Of a DNA stretch of 64,000 bases, positions 40,001 through 50,038 are shown in pieces. The notes beneath the pieces were generated by a model. The model made no database searches, was not told the origin of the DNA, and saw only the letters and a program-made list of their open reading frames with translations. Both the position numbers and the translations under genes were made by a program. Numbering within the stretch: the stretch's first letter is position 1; each line of letters starts with the position of its first letter. Source of the stretch: an uncultured Gammaproteobacteria bacterium (lineage in GTDB: Bacteria; Patescibacteriota; Patescibacteriia; UBA9934); the NCBI GenBank assembly GCA_964613815.1, contig CAZTKG010000004.1, positions 25,892 through 89,891 of the forward strand, read 5' to 3'.

Positions 40001-40075
40001 CTATCGCCCGGCTCCGCCGCGCCCCTGTCGTCGAACTCAACTCGACCCTATCGTTCAGCCTCTGAACCCTATCGC
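40001..40075. repeat. CCTATCG-spaced mini-hairpin cluster
   Basis: Homolog of 26945-27012. Confidence 0.7.
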
Positions 40076-40136
40076 CCAAAACCTCCATCATCAACATCAC
40101 CATTGACGCATTTCACCATTACTGCTAAATTCACCC

Positions 40137-40343
40137 CTCGATTTGCTAGATCGACACCCTTCGATCCCTCTCCGCGCCTCGCGGCGAGACCCCGAAATAC
40201 ACGGACAGACCAAACCCCGTACACAAAAGGACAAACTCTACGCGTTAGTCCTTTCATGTACGGCCCGAGTCGCGCACAGACCTATCGTTACCGATTCTAC
40301 GGTCAATGCGCGCCTTCCGGTACTAGTATCAAGCGAAATCGAG
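40137..40343 (+). ncRNA. retron-like ncRNA unit U13
   Basis: TTGACG 40103/TAAATT 40126; CTCGATTT-GCTAGATCGA..TCGATC; core CCGCGCCTCGCGG; AAGCG-AAATCGAG. Confidence 0.8.
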
Positions 40344-40347
40344 CCCT

Positions 40348-40532
40348 TACAGCTTGTTAGATGTAAACCGCATCACCTCCCGCGCCCCGCGGCAGGACCA
40401 GCGCACACACCGCGCGACCAGGATTGCCCATAAATGGGAAAGTCCCGAAACTGACGAGTTTATGTCACCCGCCTTCGGCAAACTCCAGAAACTCGATCAG
40501 TTTCGGCACTCAAGCCCTTCATCGAAGCTGTA
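40348..40532 (+). ncRNA. retron-like ncRNA unit U14 (tandem with U13, shares its promoter)
   Basis: Arms TACAGCTT-GTTAG...CG-AAGCTGTA; core CCGCGCCCCGCGG; cargo CCGAAACTGA/TCAGTTTCGG; terminator CCTCGCAAATGCGAGG. Confidence 0.75.
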
Positions 40533-40681
40533 CCCCCTCGCAAATGCGAGGATTTTTAATATGCCGGGGGCATATTAACCCTTCGTAGCTCGGCTCCGCC
40601 GAGCGAAGAACGGGTAATCATCGCAAAACTCTATCACCCCCTCCATTGACACGTAACCCAATCCACTCCAAACTAAATCCA

Positions 40682-40932
40682 TTCGATTTGCTCTCAGTTG
40701 CTAACTGCAACCGCCACGCTTCTTAGTCCGGAATAAGCAGCGATCGTCCTCGCGCCCCGCGAAGACAGGCACCTACACAAAACGCCAATGCCGAAAGCAT
40801 TGCTCCAATGCGCGCATTGGTTCAATTATTTCGCACAAACGAACACTCAACTGACAGAATCGCATGCCACAAAACCATACGACACCTGTCAGTCAAGCGT
40901 CAGTTTGACCAAGGGCAACAAGCGAAATCGAA
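40682..40932 (+). ncRNA. retron-like ncRNA unit U15
   Basis: TTGACA 40646; TTCGATTT-GCT...AAGCG-AAATCGAA; core TCGCGCCCCGCGA; terminator. Confidence 0.78.
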
Positions 40933-40982
40933 CCTCAACCCCAACGGGTTGACTTTTTTTCACCAAACCGCTATATTCACCT

Positions 40983-41237
40983 CTCGATTTGCTCCCCCGT
41001 TGCTAGCTACAACCGCTACGCCACTCAGTCTAGAATGAGTAGCAAAAGATCCTCGCGCACTGCGAAGACAGAGCAACCCACATCAAAAGTCCATGGCACT
41101 AAATCCGTGTAGCCAATTCTTGTCTCAACTGATTTAGTTGCTTTCTACGCCCGAATGAATGCATCAGTCGCTCAAATACCGCCAAATGCATTTACATCCC
41201 AGTCGCAGAAAGCACAGGACCAACAAGCGAAATCGAG
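40983..41237 (+). ncRNA. retron-like ncRNA unit U16
   Basis: TTGACT 40949/TATATT 40972; CTCGATTT-GCT...AAGCG-AAATCGAG; 5' part paralogous to U15. Confidence 0.78.
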
Positions 41238-41298
41238 CCTCAGTCCTCACGGGCTATTTTTTCTTGACAAAAAACCAAAAAAACACTAACCTAACCTC

Positions 41299-41522
41299 TT
41301 CGATTTGCTAGATCGACCCTCCTCGATCCCTTCCCGCGCCCCGCGGCAAGACCCCGAGCTGGACCCCAAGTCCATACCTGACTAAGCCTGACATTCCTAC
41401 GTCTGTCAGCTTTGTCAGTAACCCGTCAGCAGATAAGTCGCTCACTATGCGCAGAATATTTGCACACCAATCGCGACTGCATACTACTGACGGCTTACCT
41501 CCGAACAACAAGCGAAATCGAA
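41299..41522 (+). ncRNA. retron-like ncRNA unit U17
   Basis: TTGACA 41264/TAACCT 41287; TTCGATTT-GCTAGATCGA; core CTTCCCGCGCCCCGCGGCAAG; cargo CCGTCAG/CTGACGG; terminator. Confidence 0.82.
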
Positions 41523-41608
41523 CTCTCCCGCCAAAAACGGGATCTTTTTTTCAAAACAAATCACCCCACCCCATTGACAAAACACAAAAACCATACTATC
41601 TTAACCAC

Positions 41609-41825
41609 CTCGATTTGCTAGATCGACCACCTCGATCACTCCCTGCGCCCCGCAGCGAGACCCCGAGCCAGACACGAAGTCCGTACCTGACCGTCGCGGA
41701 CAACCGCTAAGCGTCCGTCCACGCCCTTCAAGTCCCGTCAATGGACTGCCGGCTCACCGAGCAATAAATACGCCCGCTCACGACAAGTCCATTGACCGTC
41801 CTCAAGGGCAACAAGCGAAATCGAA
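41609..41825 (+). ncRNA. retron-like ncRNA unit U18
   Basis: TTGACA 41574; TCGATTT-GCTAGATCGA; core CTGCGCCCCGCAG (compensatory change); cargo GTCAATGGACT/AGTCCATTGAC; terminator. Confidence 0.82.
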
Positions 41826-41943
41826 CTCTCCGCCACCGGCGAGTTTTTTTATCCCATAAACCATCTTTCACCTCTTAAAAGCATTTTTGTTATTCATTGA
41901 CAAATACAAACAATTAAACTAGTATTAGCAATTGTTCATTCAT

Positions 41944-42210
41944 CACGACTTGCTAGATCGTCTCAACCGATCCCTTCCCGCGCTACGCGGCAAGAATAAC
42001 GGATACACACAACGTCCATAGGCGTCCGTCCTCTCATCGACTATTCAATCGAGCAAGTAAACCATAACTTGCTCTCAAAAAATATTCGCTCGAGGAGGAC
42101 TTAAGCGGACGGCTGGGGCTGCCCTTCTGTCCGTACAGGACAGAGGCTGTCCTTATGTAAGGACAGAAGGTTTGCCCCCTCCTGCTTATTCCCTATCATT
42201 CGAAGTCGTG
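41944..42210 (+). ncRNA. retron-like ncRNA unit U19
   Basis: TTGACA 41897/TAGTAT 41920; arms CACGACTT-GCTAG...CG-AAGTCGTG; core CTTCCCGCGCTACGCGGCAAG; terminator CCGCCAATACTGGCGG. Confidence 0.8.
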
Positions 42211-42357
42211 CCGTCCGCCAATACTGGCGGATTTTTAAATGAAACAACTTGACAAAAACCAAAAAACCCCGTACATTCCTCTTCATAAACAACCCTACGA
42301 TCTTCCCGGTCACGGAATGAGCCCCGTAAACTGAGATCATCGTGAATAATCGATTCT

Positions 42358-42636
42358 ATGCTCAGCAAAAAGCAAAAGCAAAACATCATTGCAAAATACA
42401 AAACCCACGAGTCCGACACCGGCTCACCGCAGGTCCAAATCGCCATCCTCACAGCAGAAGTAAAAGACCTCACCGGCCACCTCCGCATGCACAAAAAGGA
42501 CTTTTCATCACGACGTGGACTCGTCAAAAAGGTAACCGAGCGACGACGCTTGCTCAAATACCTAGAACGCGAAGACGAAGCAGCATTCCTAGCACTCGTC
42601 GAAGCCCTCAAAATCCGATTGCCCAAAAAGCAATAA
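42358..42636 (+). CDS. rpsO: 30S ribosomal protein S15
   Basis: DTGSPQVQIAILT..HKKDFSSRRGL. Confidence 0.98.
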   Translation: MLSKKQKQNIIAKYKTHESDTGSPQVQIAILTAEVKDLTGHLRMHKKDFSSRRGLVKKVTERRRLLKYLEREDEAAFLALVEALKIRLPKKQ

Positions 42637-42717
42637 TTTCCAAGCAAAACCGCCAAAAGCGGTCTTTGCTGTATAATAGAATCAAGTTATTTTTCTTAAT
42701 TTCAGTTTTTTTACAAT

Positions 42718-43443
42718 ATGTTGAAAACTTCAACACGCCGCGTTGGCGTCTTCATTGACGTCCAAAACATGTACTACAGCGCGCGCAACATTTTCAATCG
42801 CAAAGTGAACTTTGAAAACATCGTCAAACACGCCATAGGCGACAAACACCTCATCCGAGCCATCGCCTACACCATTTCAACCAAAGGAGGAGACGAATCA
42901 GCATTCTTCGAGGCCTTGCGCCAAAAGGGAATAGAGGTAAAGTCTAAAGAGCTCCTCGAATTCAATACAGGTGCCAAAAAAGGGGACTGGGACGTCGGCA
43001 TCACTGTCGACATCATCCGCATGCTCGACATGCTAGACGAAGTCGTTCTCGTTTCAGGCGACGGAGACTTTGTCCCGCTCGCAGACTTCGTTCGAAGCCG
43101 AGGACGAACCTTCTCTGTCATCTCTTTCCGAGAATCCACCTCCACATCCCTCGTACACGCAACGGACACGTACACAAACATGTCCGAAAACCGTCGCAAA
43201 TTCCTCATCCCAGACAAAAACGCACCACGCACAACGCCAACACGCAAAACAACGACATCAAAACCAACCACAACAAGAACCACGACAAAACCAACAACAC
43301 GAACAGCCAAAACAACAAAAACAGCAACAAAAACAACGACATCAAAATCCAAACCCCCGTCCGGACGAATCACCCCTATCACCACAGAAGACCTCGGAGA
43401 AGACGAAATCGAAGAATCCCGAACCCGCCGTCTTTCATTCTAA
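42718..43443 (+). CDS. NYN domain (LabA/DUF88) protein
   Basis: VFIDVQN, KGDWDVGITVD, LVSGDGDF; Thr/Lys-rich tail. Confidence 0.92.
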   Translation: MLKTSTRRVGVFIDVQNMYYSARNIFNRKVNFENIVKHAIGDKHLIRAIAYTISTKGGDESAFFEALRQKGIEVKSKELLEFNTGAKKGDWDVGITVDIIRMLDMLDEVVLVSGDGDFVPLADFVRSRGRTFSVISFRESTSTSLVHATDTYTNMSENRRKFLIPDKNAPRTTPTRKTTTSKPTTTRTTTKPTTRTAKTTKTATKTTTSKSKPPSGRITPITTEDLGEDEIEESRTRRLSF

Positions 43444-43594
43444 TTGTCTCCCTTAGGCAGATCTGCCCTGATCAGATCCGCCAACTGGCAAGATAATTAA
43501 CGCGCCTCGGCACGAAATCAGAGATCATCAAGCGCTCATCAAAACAGCGTAAAACCAATGATCTTAAATCTCGTGCTGAGCTAAGCATCTTTTT

Positions 43595-45808
43595 ATGCAC
43601 AAAGAATTCTCAGCTACCATCGCCGGAAAAGAAATCACCATCGAAACCGGCAAATTCGCCCAAGCAGCAAACGGACAATGCACCGTGCGTTGCGGCGAAA
43701 CCGTCGTCATGGCAACAGCAGTCATGTCCTCAAACACACGAGGACTCAACTACTTCCCGCTCATGGTCGACTACGAAGAAAAACTCTACGCAGCAGGCCG
43801 CATCAAGGGCTCACGCTTTATCAAAAGAGAAGGAAGACCAACAGACGAAGCCGTCCTAACCGGTCGTTTTATCGACCGAGCAATCCGCCCGCTTTTCGAC
43901 ATGCGCATCAAAAATGACGTTCAAGTCATCGTCACAGCACTCGCATTTGACGGCGAAAACGACCCAGACATTCTCGGTCTTATCGCAGCATCCTGTGCAC
44001 TCCACATTAGCGACATCCCATGGAACGGACCAATCGGAGCCATCCGAACAGCCAAAATTAACGACACCTGGATCGCGAATCCAAGCTACGAACAACGACA
44101 AAAATCAGAATTTGACCTAGACATCGCAGGAACATCAGAAAAAATCATCATGATCGAAGCTCGCGCAGATGAAGCCACAGAAGACGTCATGCTAGAAGCC
44201 TTCAAACGTGGAGCAAAAGAACTCGGAGCAATCACCGACCTCCTAGAATCAATCAAAAAAGAAATCGGAAAAGAAAAAAATACAACTGTCTTGGAGCCAC
44301 AAACAGATGAAGCCCGAGAAACACTTGTCCGCCAAGAAAAAATCAAAACAAAAGCAATCGAATTCCTCCGACCAATCTTCCACGAACTCTGCTTCACCTC
44401 CCCAACAACATCAAAAACTGCCATCAACGCGGCAAAAAAAGAGCTCGCAAAACGCCTAGACGAGTCATGGGGACCAAACGAAGACTACACAGATGACGAC
44501 ATCAAATTCGCCAAAAACCTCATCTACAACTTCACCCAAGACGAAGCATCACGAAACATTCTAGAAAACGATCACAGAATCGACGGACGAAAAATTACAG
44601 AAATCCGCACACTCGTCTCAGAAGTCGCACAGCTCCCACGAGTCCATGGCACAGGACACTTCATGCGCGGAACAACACAAGTCCTCTCAATCTGCACCCT
44701 AGGGGCTCCTGGAGACAAACAAACCCTAGACGGCATGGAAACAGTAGGAGAGAAACGCTACATGCATCACTACAACTTCCCACCATACTCAGTCGGGGAA
44801 GCAAAACCGCTTCGAGGAGCATCCAGACGAGACATCGGTCACGGAGCACTCGCAGAAAAAGCCATCGAACGCATGCTCCCATCCGCAGAAGAATTCCCAT
44901 ACACCATCCGAGTCGTATCAGAAGTCTTCAATTCAAACGGATCAAGCTCAATGGCATCCACCTGCGGATCAACACTCGCCCTCATGGACGCAGGTGTCCC
45001 AATCAAAACGCCAATCGCCGGAATCGCAATGGGTCTCGCATCTAACGACAAAGGCGACTGGAAAGTCCTCACAGACCTCCAAGACATCGAAGACGGCAAA
45101 GGAGGCATGGACTTCAAAATCACCGGCTCACGAGAAGGAATCACGGCCATCCAAATGGACACAAAGACAGAGGGAATCACCATGGAAATCATCAAACAAA
45201 CCCTCTCACAAGCCAAAGATGCTCGAATCCAAATCCTCGATGTCATGGCAGAAGCAATTGCAGAGCCCCGTGCAGAACTATCTCCGCACGCACCACGCAT
45301 CATCACCATCGAAATCCACCCAGACAAAATCCGAGATGTCATCGGTCCGGGCGGAAAGATGATCAACGAAATCATCGAAACAACAGCAGTGGACGCAATC
45401 GACATCGAACAAAGTGGACACATATTCATCACATCAAAATCTGCCAAGTCTGCAGAAAAAGCACGTGAGTGGATTCACAACCTTACACGCGACATCGAAG
45501 TCGGAGAAACATTCAAAGGAAAAGTCGTACGACTCATGGACTTCGGCGCATTCGTAGAAATCCTTCCAGGAAAAGACGGAATGGTGCACGTATCTGAACT
45601 AGCCCCATGGCGAGTCGCCAAAGTAGGGGACATCGTCAAACTGGACGACGAGGTGAACGTAAAAGTCATCGAAATCGACGACATGGGAAGAATCAACCTC
45701 TCCATGAAAAAAGCAGAAGGCAACGTCTACACGAACGAAATGAAAGAAAAAGCACAAAAACAACCACCACGATCAGACCAACGACCACCGAGACGCTCAC
45801 GAAGCTAA
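43595..45808 (+). CDS. pnp: polyribonucleotide nucleotidyltransferase
   Basis: FIKREGRP, HYNFPPYSVGE, SNGSSSMAS, KH and S1 domains. Confidence 0.98.
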   Translation: MHKEFSATIAGKEITIETGKFAQAANGQCTVRCGETVVMATAVMSSNTRGLNYFPLMVDYEEKLYAAGRIKGSRFIKREGRPTDEAVLTGRFIDRAIRPLFDMRIKNDVQVIVTALAFDGENDPDILGLIAASCALHISDIPWNGPIGAIRTAKINDTWIANPSYEQRQKSEFDLDIAGTSEKIIMIEARADEATEDVMLEAFKRGAKELGAITDLLESIKKEIGKEKNTTVLEPQTDEARETLVRQEKIKTKAIEFLRPIFHELCFTSPTTSKTAINAAKKELAKRLDESWGPNEDYTDDDIKFAKNLIYNFTQDEASRNILENDHRIDGRKITEIRTLVSEVAQLPRVHGTGHFMRGTTQVLSICTLGAPGDKQTLDGMETVGEKRYMHHYNFPPYSVGEAKPLRGASRRDIGHGALAEKAIERMLPSAEEFPYTIRVVSEVFNSNGSSSMASTCGSTLALMDAGVPIKTPIAGIAMGLASNDKGDWKVLTDLQDIEDGKGGMDFKITGSREGITAIQMDTKTEGITMEIIKQTLSQAKDARIQILDVMAEAIAEPRAELSPHAPRIITIEIHPDKIRDVIGPGGKMINEIIETTAVDAIDIEQSGHIFITSKSAKSAEKAREWIHNLTRDIEVGETFKGKVVRLMDFGAFVEILPGKDGMVHVSELAPWRVAKVGDIVKLDDEVNVKVIEIDDMGRINLSMKKAEGNVYTNEMKEKAQKQPPRSDQRPPRRSRS

Positions 45809-45889
45809 CATCAAAACAACAAAGCAGCCGCAAGGCTGTTTTGTTATTCCCAAAAAAAAGCTACAGTAAAACAAACATGGAAAAAACGT

Positions 45890-47080
45890 ATGACAAAACT
45901 GGAAATCCCGCTCTCGCAGTCACCCTACACAAAAAAACGTCCAAAAATCACCCTCACAGCTGTCATCATCCTCGCCACATTCGCCATCAGCTGGTGCTCC
46001 TTTCGACTTTTTACGTACAAAGACACAACCTCTCATCACAGACCGCAAAACACCCTAGCAACAATCCAAGTCTACAAAACAAAACAAACAACAAATCTCA
46101 TCAACCAAAAAATAGGCCATCTAGCCGCCATACCAGGGGAACCTTGGACATTCCAAGACATCCTAAACGCGACAAATAAGTCCTTCAGCATTCACATCAC
46201 AGACCAAGGAATCACAGGAATCACCGTAGATACGTCAAGCAGCCAAACAGAACCAACAACATTATTCACCTCAAATCAAACAAAAACTGAGACAATCACA
46301 CCGCAAAGCACATACACCTTCAAGTCCCTCTTTCCACAAACAGACGCGATTCTCAAAACACAGGAAAAAAACCAAACAACAAAAATCTCCATTTCAAACA
46401 ATCAAATCTCTTTAAAGACAAAAACAGAAACTCCCAACCTACCCACTCACACATTAAAAGATGCAAACATTTTTTCAAACATCTATATTGATCCAAAAAC
46501 CGCGCAAAACAACAATCTCATCCCTCAACTTCTTCAAATTTCACCAACAGACATGCTTTTCTCAGAACTTTCACAATTCGGAGCATTTCTTCAATTAGGA
46601 ACCTCGGAAGGGAAAACCAAGTTCCTCATAAACATTCCTTCAACAAATCTCCAAACAGAGGATCTAGCAAAAATCACAAAGTCAGCCCTCAAAACAACAA
46701 GTTTGGCAACGGTTCCGTTGACAATCACGGACAAAATCACCGTTCAAGAAATCAAAACAAACAATAAAGACTTAAACATCAACATTCAAAACGAAAACAA
46801 CACAAACATCATTACAGCCACCTCATCAAATGGAAACAAAATCACCGCAATAAAAACCCAAACAAATACACTTTTGACAAACGGAGAGCTAACATTAGAT
46901 AAAAATCAAAACAACACAACGTGCACAGACAACCACCAAAATACAACAAACATGAATGCACTAACTGCTATCACTCTGAACGGCCATCAAAAAATTCTCG
47001 CTCAGGCTACACAAATACATTCCATCAAAACCACTGAACAAATCAATGTCTCATCCAAAAACCTAACGTTTTGCTGGTAA
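45890..47080 (+). CDS. membrane-anchored hypothetical protein
   Basis: 396-aa ORF, N-terminal TM, Thr/Asn-rich. Confidence 0.65.
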   Translation: MTKLEIPLSQSPYTKKRPKITLTAVIILATFAISWCSFRLFTYKDTTSHHRPQNTLATIQVYKTKQTTNLINQKIGHLAAIPGEPWTFQDILNATNKSFSIHITDQGITGITVDTSSSQTEPTTLFTSNQTKTETITPQSTYTFKSLFPQTDAILKTQEKNQTTKISISNNQISLKTKTETPNLPTHTLKDANIFSNIYIDPKTAQNNNLIPQLLQISPTDMLFSELSQFGAFLQLGTSEGKTKFLINIPSTNLQTEDLAKITKSALKTTSLATVPLTITDKITVQEIKTNNKDLNINIQNENNTNIITATSSNGNKITAIKTQTNTLLTNGELTLDKNQNNTTCTDNHQNTTNMNALTAITLNGHQKILAQATQIHSIKTTEQINVSSKNLTFCW

Positions 47081-47092
47081 TGTCCACAAAAC

Positions 47093-47163
47093 TGTGGATA
47101 AACCAGTTTTTATCACAACCTTATCCACAGCACACCCGACATCACACAAAAAAATTATCCACA
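47093..47163. promoter_or_regulatory. cluster of three perfect DnaA boxes
   Basis: TGTGGATAA 47093, TTATCCACA 47121 and 47155. Confidence 0.7.
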
Positions 47164-47677
47164 CCACCATTTAACCCAATAAAATCAGGTATTTCCCACG
47201 TTGACATTTAGTGTTCAACAAGTTATCATAAACATGTACCTAGCTCTTTCAACAACTTCGATCGTGTCTATATTTAATAGGCACATGACTCGGGGGAAGT
47301 TTCCCGAAGGACCCACTTCTTCGGGAAAGATCTCACTTCTTTACTGGATCGTTCATTCTTTAGGGGACACAGCGAACCAGGCAAGATTCTCACAATCGAT
47401 CTTTCTATTACCTTCATTTCGTGAGAACAAAGCCAAGATCTGGTAAAGCAGATAGTCACAACGGCCATCGGTTGATGCCACCGAAGAGTTGAGTTTTGAA
47501 GACATTGCCAAATTTCTCTAAAACCCAACTCTTCGAGAGATATCCCGACGCCACTTCTTGAGCGCAACAGCGCAGGATTCATTTTTATAAGCCTGCTCGC
47601 AACCGCGCTCTTCTTCTTTTCCAAAAAACCAACCCAACCATTGTCATTTTCCACAAAATCGCGTATATTTACTCCAT

Positions 47678-48028
47678 ATGGTAAAGAAACTGAACGGATT
47701 CGAAGCAATCCGCATCAAAATCGAAGAGGATAAAACAAAACTTGAAGACGAACTCGAAGCACTAAAACCAACAGGCGACGCAGTCGAATTTGGCGATGAC
47801 GAAGACGAAAACGCCACCGAAGTCGCAATACAGGGCGACCGCTCCGCAGTCGCAGAACAACTCGAAAAAGCCCTAAAAGATGCCAACAAAGCCCTAGATC
47901 GCATCGAAGATGGCACATACGGAATTTGCAAATACTGCAATGAACCAATCGAAGAAGGAAGGCTTCAAATCCGCCCAACCTCATCATCCTGCGTAAAATG
48001 CAAAAAACAACTCCAGCAAGAAATCTAG
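47678..48028 (+). CDS. TraR/DksA C4 zinc-finger protein
   Basis: ALDRIEDGTYGICKYCNEPIEEGRL..P..CVKC. Confidence 0.9.
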   Translation: MVKKLNGFEAIRIKIEEDKTKLEDELEALKPTGDAVEFGDDEDENATEVAIQGDRSAVAEQLEKALKDANKALDRIEDGTYGICKYCNEPIEEGRLQIRPTSSSCVKCKKQLQQEI

Positions 48029-48465
48029 CAATCATCATTGCAACATCAGGAGCGCTCATCACTGCAACAGATCTAGCACTAAAACACATCGCAATCAAAA
48101 CCCTGCCTGAATCAGGCGGGTTTTTGCATCCAGTCATCGACTTTGCCCTCCACAAAAACGCCGGAATCGCATTCAACCTAGCGATTCCTCTCGCAATTGT
48201 CATCCCACTCACACTAGCAATAATCACAATCCTCACCATCACAGCCATCAAAACAATCAAATCTAACCCCATCCAAACCGCATTTCTTTCCCTCGTCATC
48301 TCCGGAGCCGCAGGAAACCTCATAGACCGCATTCTGAACAACTTCACCACAGATTACATCATCCTCTTCCGTACAAGCGCCATCAACCTCGCAGATGTCC
48401 TCATCATAACTGGCGCCATCACAACACTGTGGTACAATAAACATACAAACACGAAGCATTCCTAA
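47998..48465 (+). CDS. lspA: lipoprotein signal peptidase II
   Basis: NAGIAF, GAAGNLIDR, TDYI, NLAD. Confidence 0.9.
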   Translation: MQKTTPARNLAIIIATSGALITATDLALKHIAIKTLPESGGFLHPVIDFALHKNAGIAFNLAIPLAIVIPLTLAIITILTITAIKTIKSNPIQTAFLSLVISGAAGNLIDRILNNFTTDYIILFRTSAINLADVLIITGAITTLWYNKHTNTKHS

Positions 48466-48488
48466 TTTCTCCTACAAACATATATTGT

Positions 48489-50006
48489 ATGGGGTCTTTT
48501 TTTGTTTACGCCTGCGCCAACATAGGCATCGAATCACACATCATCGAAGTAGAAGCCGACATTTCTGGTGGCTTACCCAAATTAAACATCGTCGGCCTGC
48601 CCGACGCCGCCATCTCAGAATCCAAACACCGAGTCCGCGCCGCCATCAAAAACAGCGGCGCCCCATTCCCAAGATCAAGAGTAACCATAAATCTCGCCCC
48701 AGCCGACATCAAAAAATTCGGCCCGTCTTTCGATCTACCCATCGCCATCAGCATCCTCTTCGCAGCAGGAGCAATCAAACCACCTCAATCAATAAAATCC
48801 ACCATATTTCTAGGTGAACTAGCCCTAAACGGAACCATCCGCCCCATAGATGGCATCCTTTCGGCCGCCCTACAAGCAAAAAAAGAAAACTTCAACGCCA
48901 TCATCACCGCCCCGCAAAACGCCGGAGAGGCCGCGCTTGTCAAAACACTAACCGTGCATCCCATCAAATCACTGCAACAACTCATACATCTCTTCAAAAC
49001 CCAAACCCAATTTCCGAACCACACAAAAAAACACGCCAAAACAAACAAAAAAACCTACACCCACGACATGTCTCACATCAGAGGCCAGGAAAACGCCAAA
49101 AGAGCCTTAGAAATAGCAGCAGCAGGAGAGCATCACATTTTACTAAAAGGCCCACCAGGCTCGGGCAAAACCCTCCTCGCCAAAACCATCCCCTCAATCC
49201 TCCCACCGCTCTCATTCGAAGAATCCCTAGAGGTAACCAAAATCCACTCTATCGCGGGAGAAAAACCAAAATCCGTCCCTCTCATCACAACACGCCCATT
49301 CCGCACCCCACACCACTCCTCTTCATCAGTAGCTCTCGTCGGAGGAGGCGCATGGCCCCGCCCAGGAGAAATCTCCCTCGCACACAGAGGCGTGCTATTC
49401 CTAGATGAATTCCCAGAATTCACCCGAGGCACCATAGAAAACCTTCGCCAACCACTAGAAAACGGCACCGTCACAATCTCAAGAGCCGCAAAGACCCTAG
49501 AATTCCCAGCAAGATTCATGCTAGCCGCAGCCATGAACCCTTGCCCATGCGGCTTCAACTCAGACCCAAACAAACCCTGCATCTGCACCCCGCACCAAGT
49601 CGCCAAATACACACAAAAAATTTCCGGACCAATCCTAGACAGAATCGACATCACCATAGAGGTCCCACCGATCAACGCCGAAAAACTAACAAACGCATTC
49701 CAATCAGAACCATCATCAAACATCAGAAGTCGCGTATCAAAAGCGAGAGACAAACAAACCCTCCGATATCAAAACACGATGACAAGAGTAAATAGCGAAC
49801 TCACATCAAACGAGATCAAAACTCACTGTGCCCTAACTCCTCAAACAAAACAACTTCTAAAAGCAGCCATCAAAACCCACGCCCTTTCAGCAAGAGCTTT
49901 CACCAGAGTCCTAAAGGTAGCCCGGACAATTGCAGACCTAGACTCATCAAAAACAATAAAACCCCTGCATTTAGCAGAAGCAATTAACTTCAGAATATCC
50001 AACTGA
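48489..50006 (+). CDS. comM: YifB/ComM Mg-chelatase-like AAA ATPase
   Basis: IVGLPDAAISES, INLAPAD, GPPGSGKT, PGEISLAHRGVLFLDE, NPCPCG. Confidence 0.95.
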   Translation: MGSFFVYACANIGIESHIIEVEADISGGLPKLNIVGLPDAAISESKHRVRAAIKNSGAPFPRSRVTINLAPADIKKFGPSFDLPIAISILFAAGAIKPPQSIKSTIFLGELALNGTIRPIDGILSAALQAKKENFNAIITAPQNAGEAALVKTLTVHPIKSLQQLIHLFKTQTQFPNHTKKHAKTNKKTYTHDMSHIRGQENAKRALEIAAAGEHHILLKGPPGSGKTLLAKTIPSILPPLSFEESLEVTKIHSIAGEKPKSVPLITTRPFRTPHHSSSSVALVGGGAWPRPGEISLAHRGVLFLDEFPEFTRGTIENLRQPLENGTVTISRAAKTLEFPARFMLAAAMNPCPCGFNSDPNKPCICTPHQVAKYTQKISGPILDRIDITIEVPPINAEKLTNAFQSEPSSNIRSRVSKARDKQTLRYQNTMTRVNSELTSNEIKTHCALTPQTKQLLKAAIKTHALSARAFTRVLKVARTIADLDSSKTIKPLHLAEAINFRISN

Positions 50007-50038
50007 CACCAATCTCAATTGGACAAAACAATAAAATC

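Noticed and set aside
39448-42235. CRISPR array interpretation of the repeats
   Set aside because: Period is ~200-350 nt and irregular, the constant parts are split into arms and a core, and most units have their own promoter and terminator. This does not fit 23-50-nt repeats with equal-length spacers.
37663-42235. Integron (integrase plus cassette array)
   Set aside because: The recombinase looks like an ordinary chromosomal XerC/D with no visible IntI-specific insertion, and I found no attC sites with RYYYAAC...GTTRRRY ends.
47280-47560. RNase P RNA, tmRNA or SRP RNA
   Set aside because: I could not find the GAGGAAAGTCC, tRNA-like end or GGAA-tetraloop signatures on either strand by eye.
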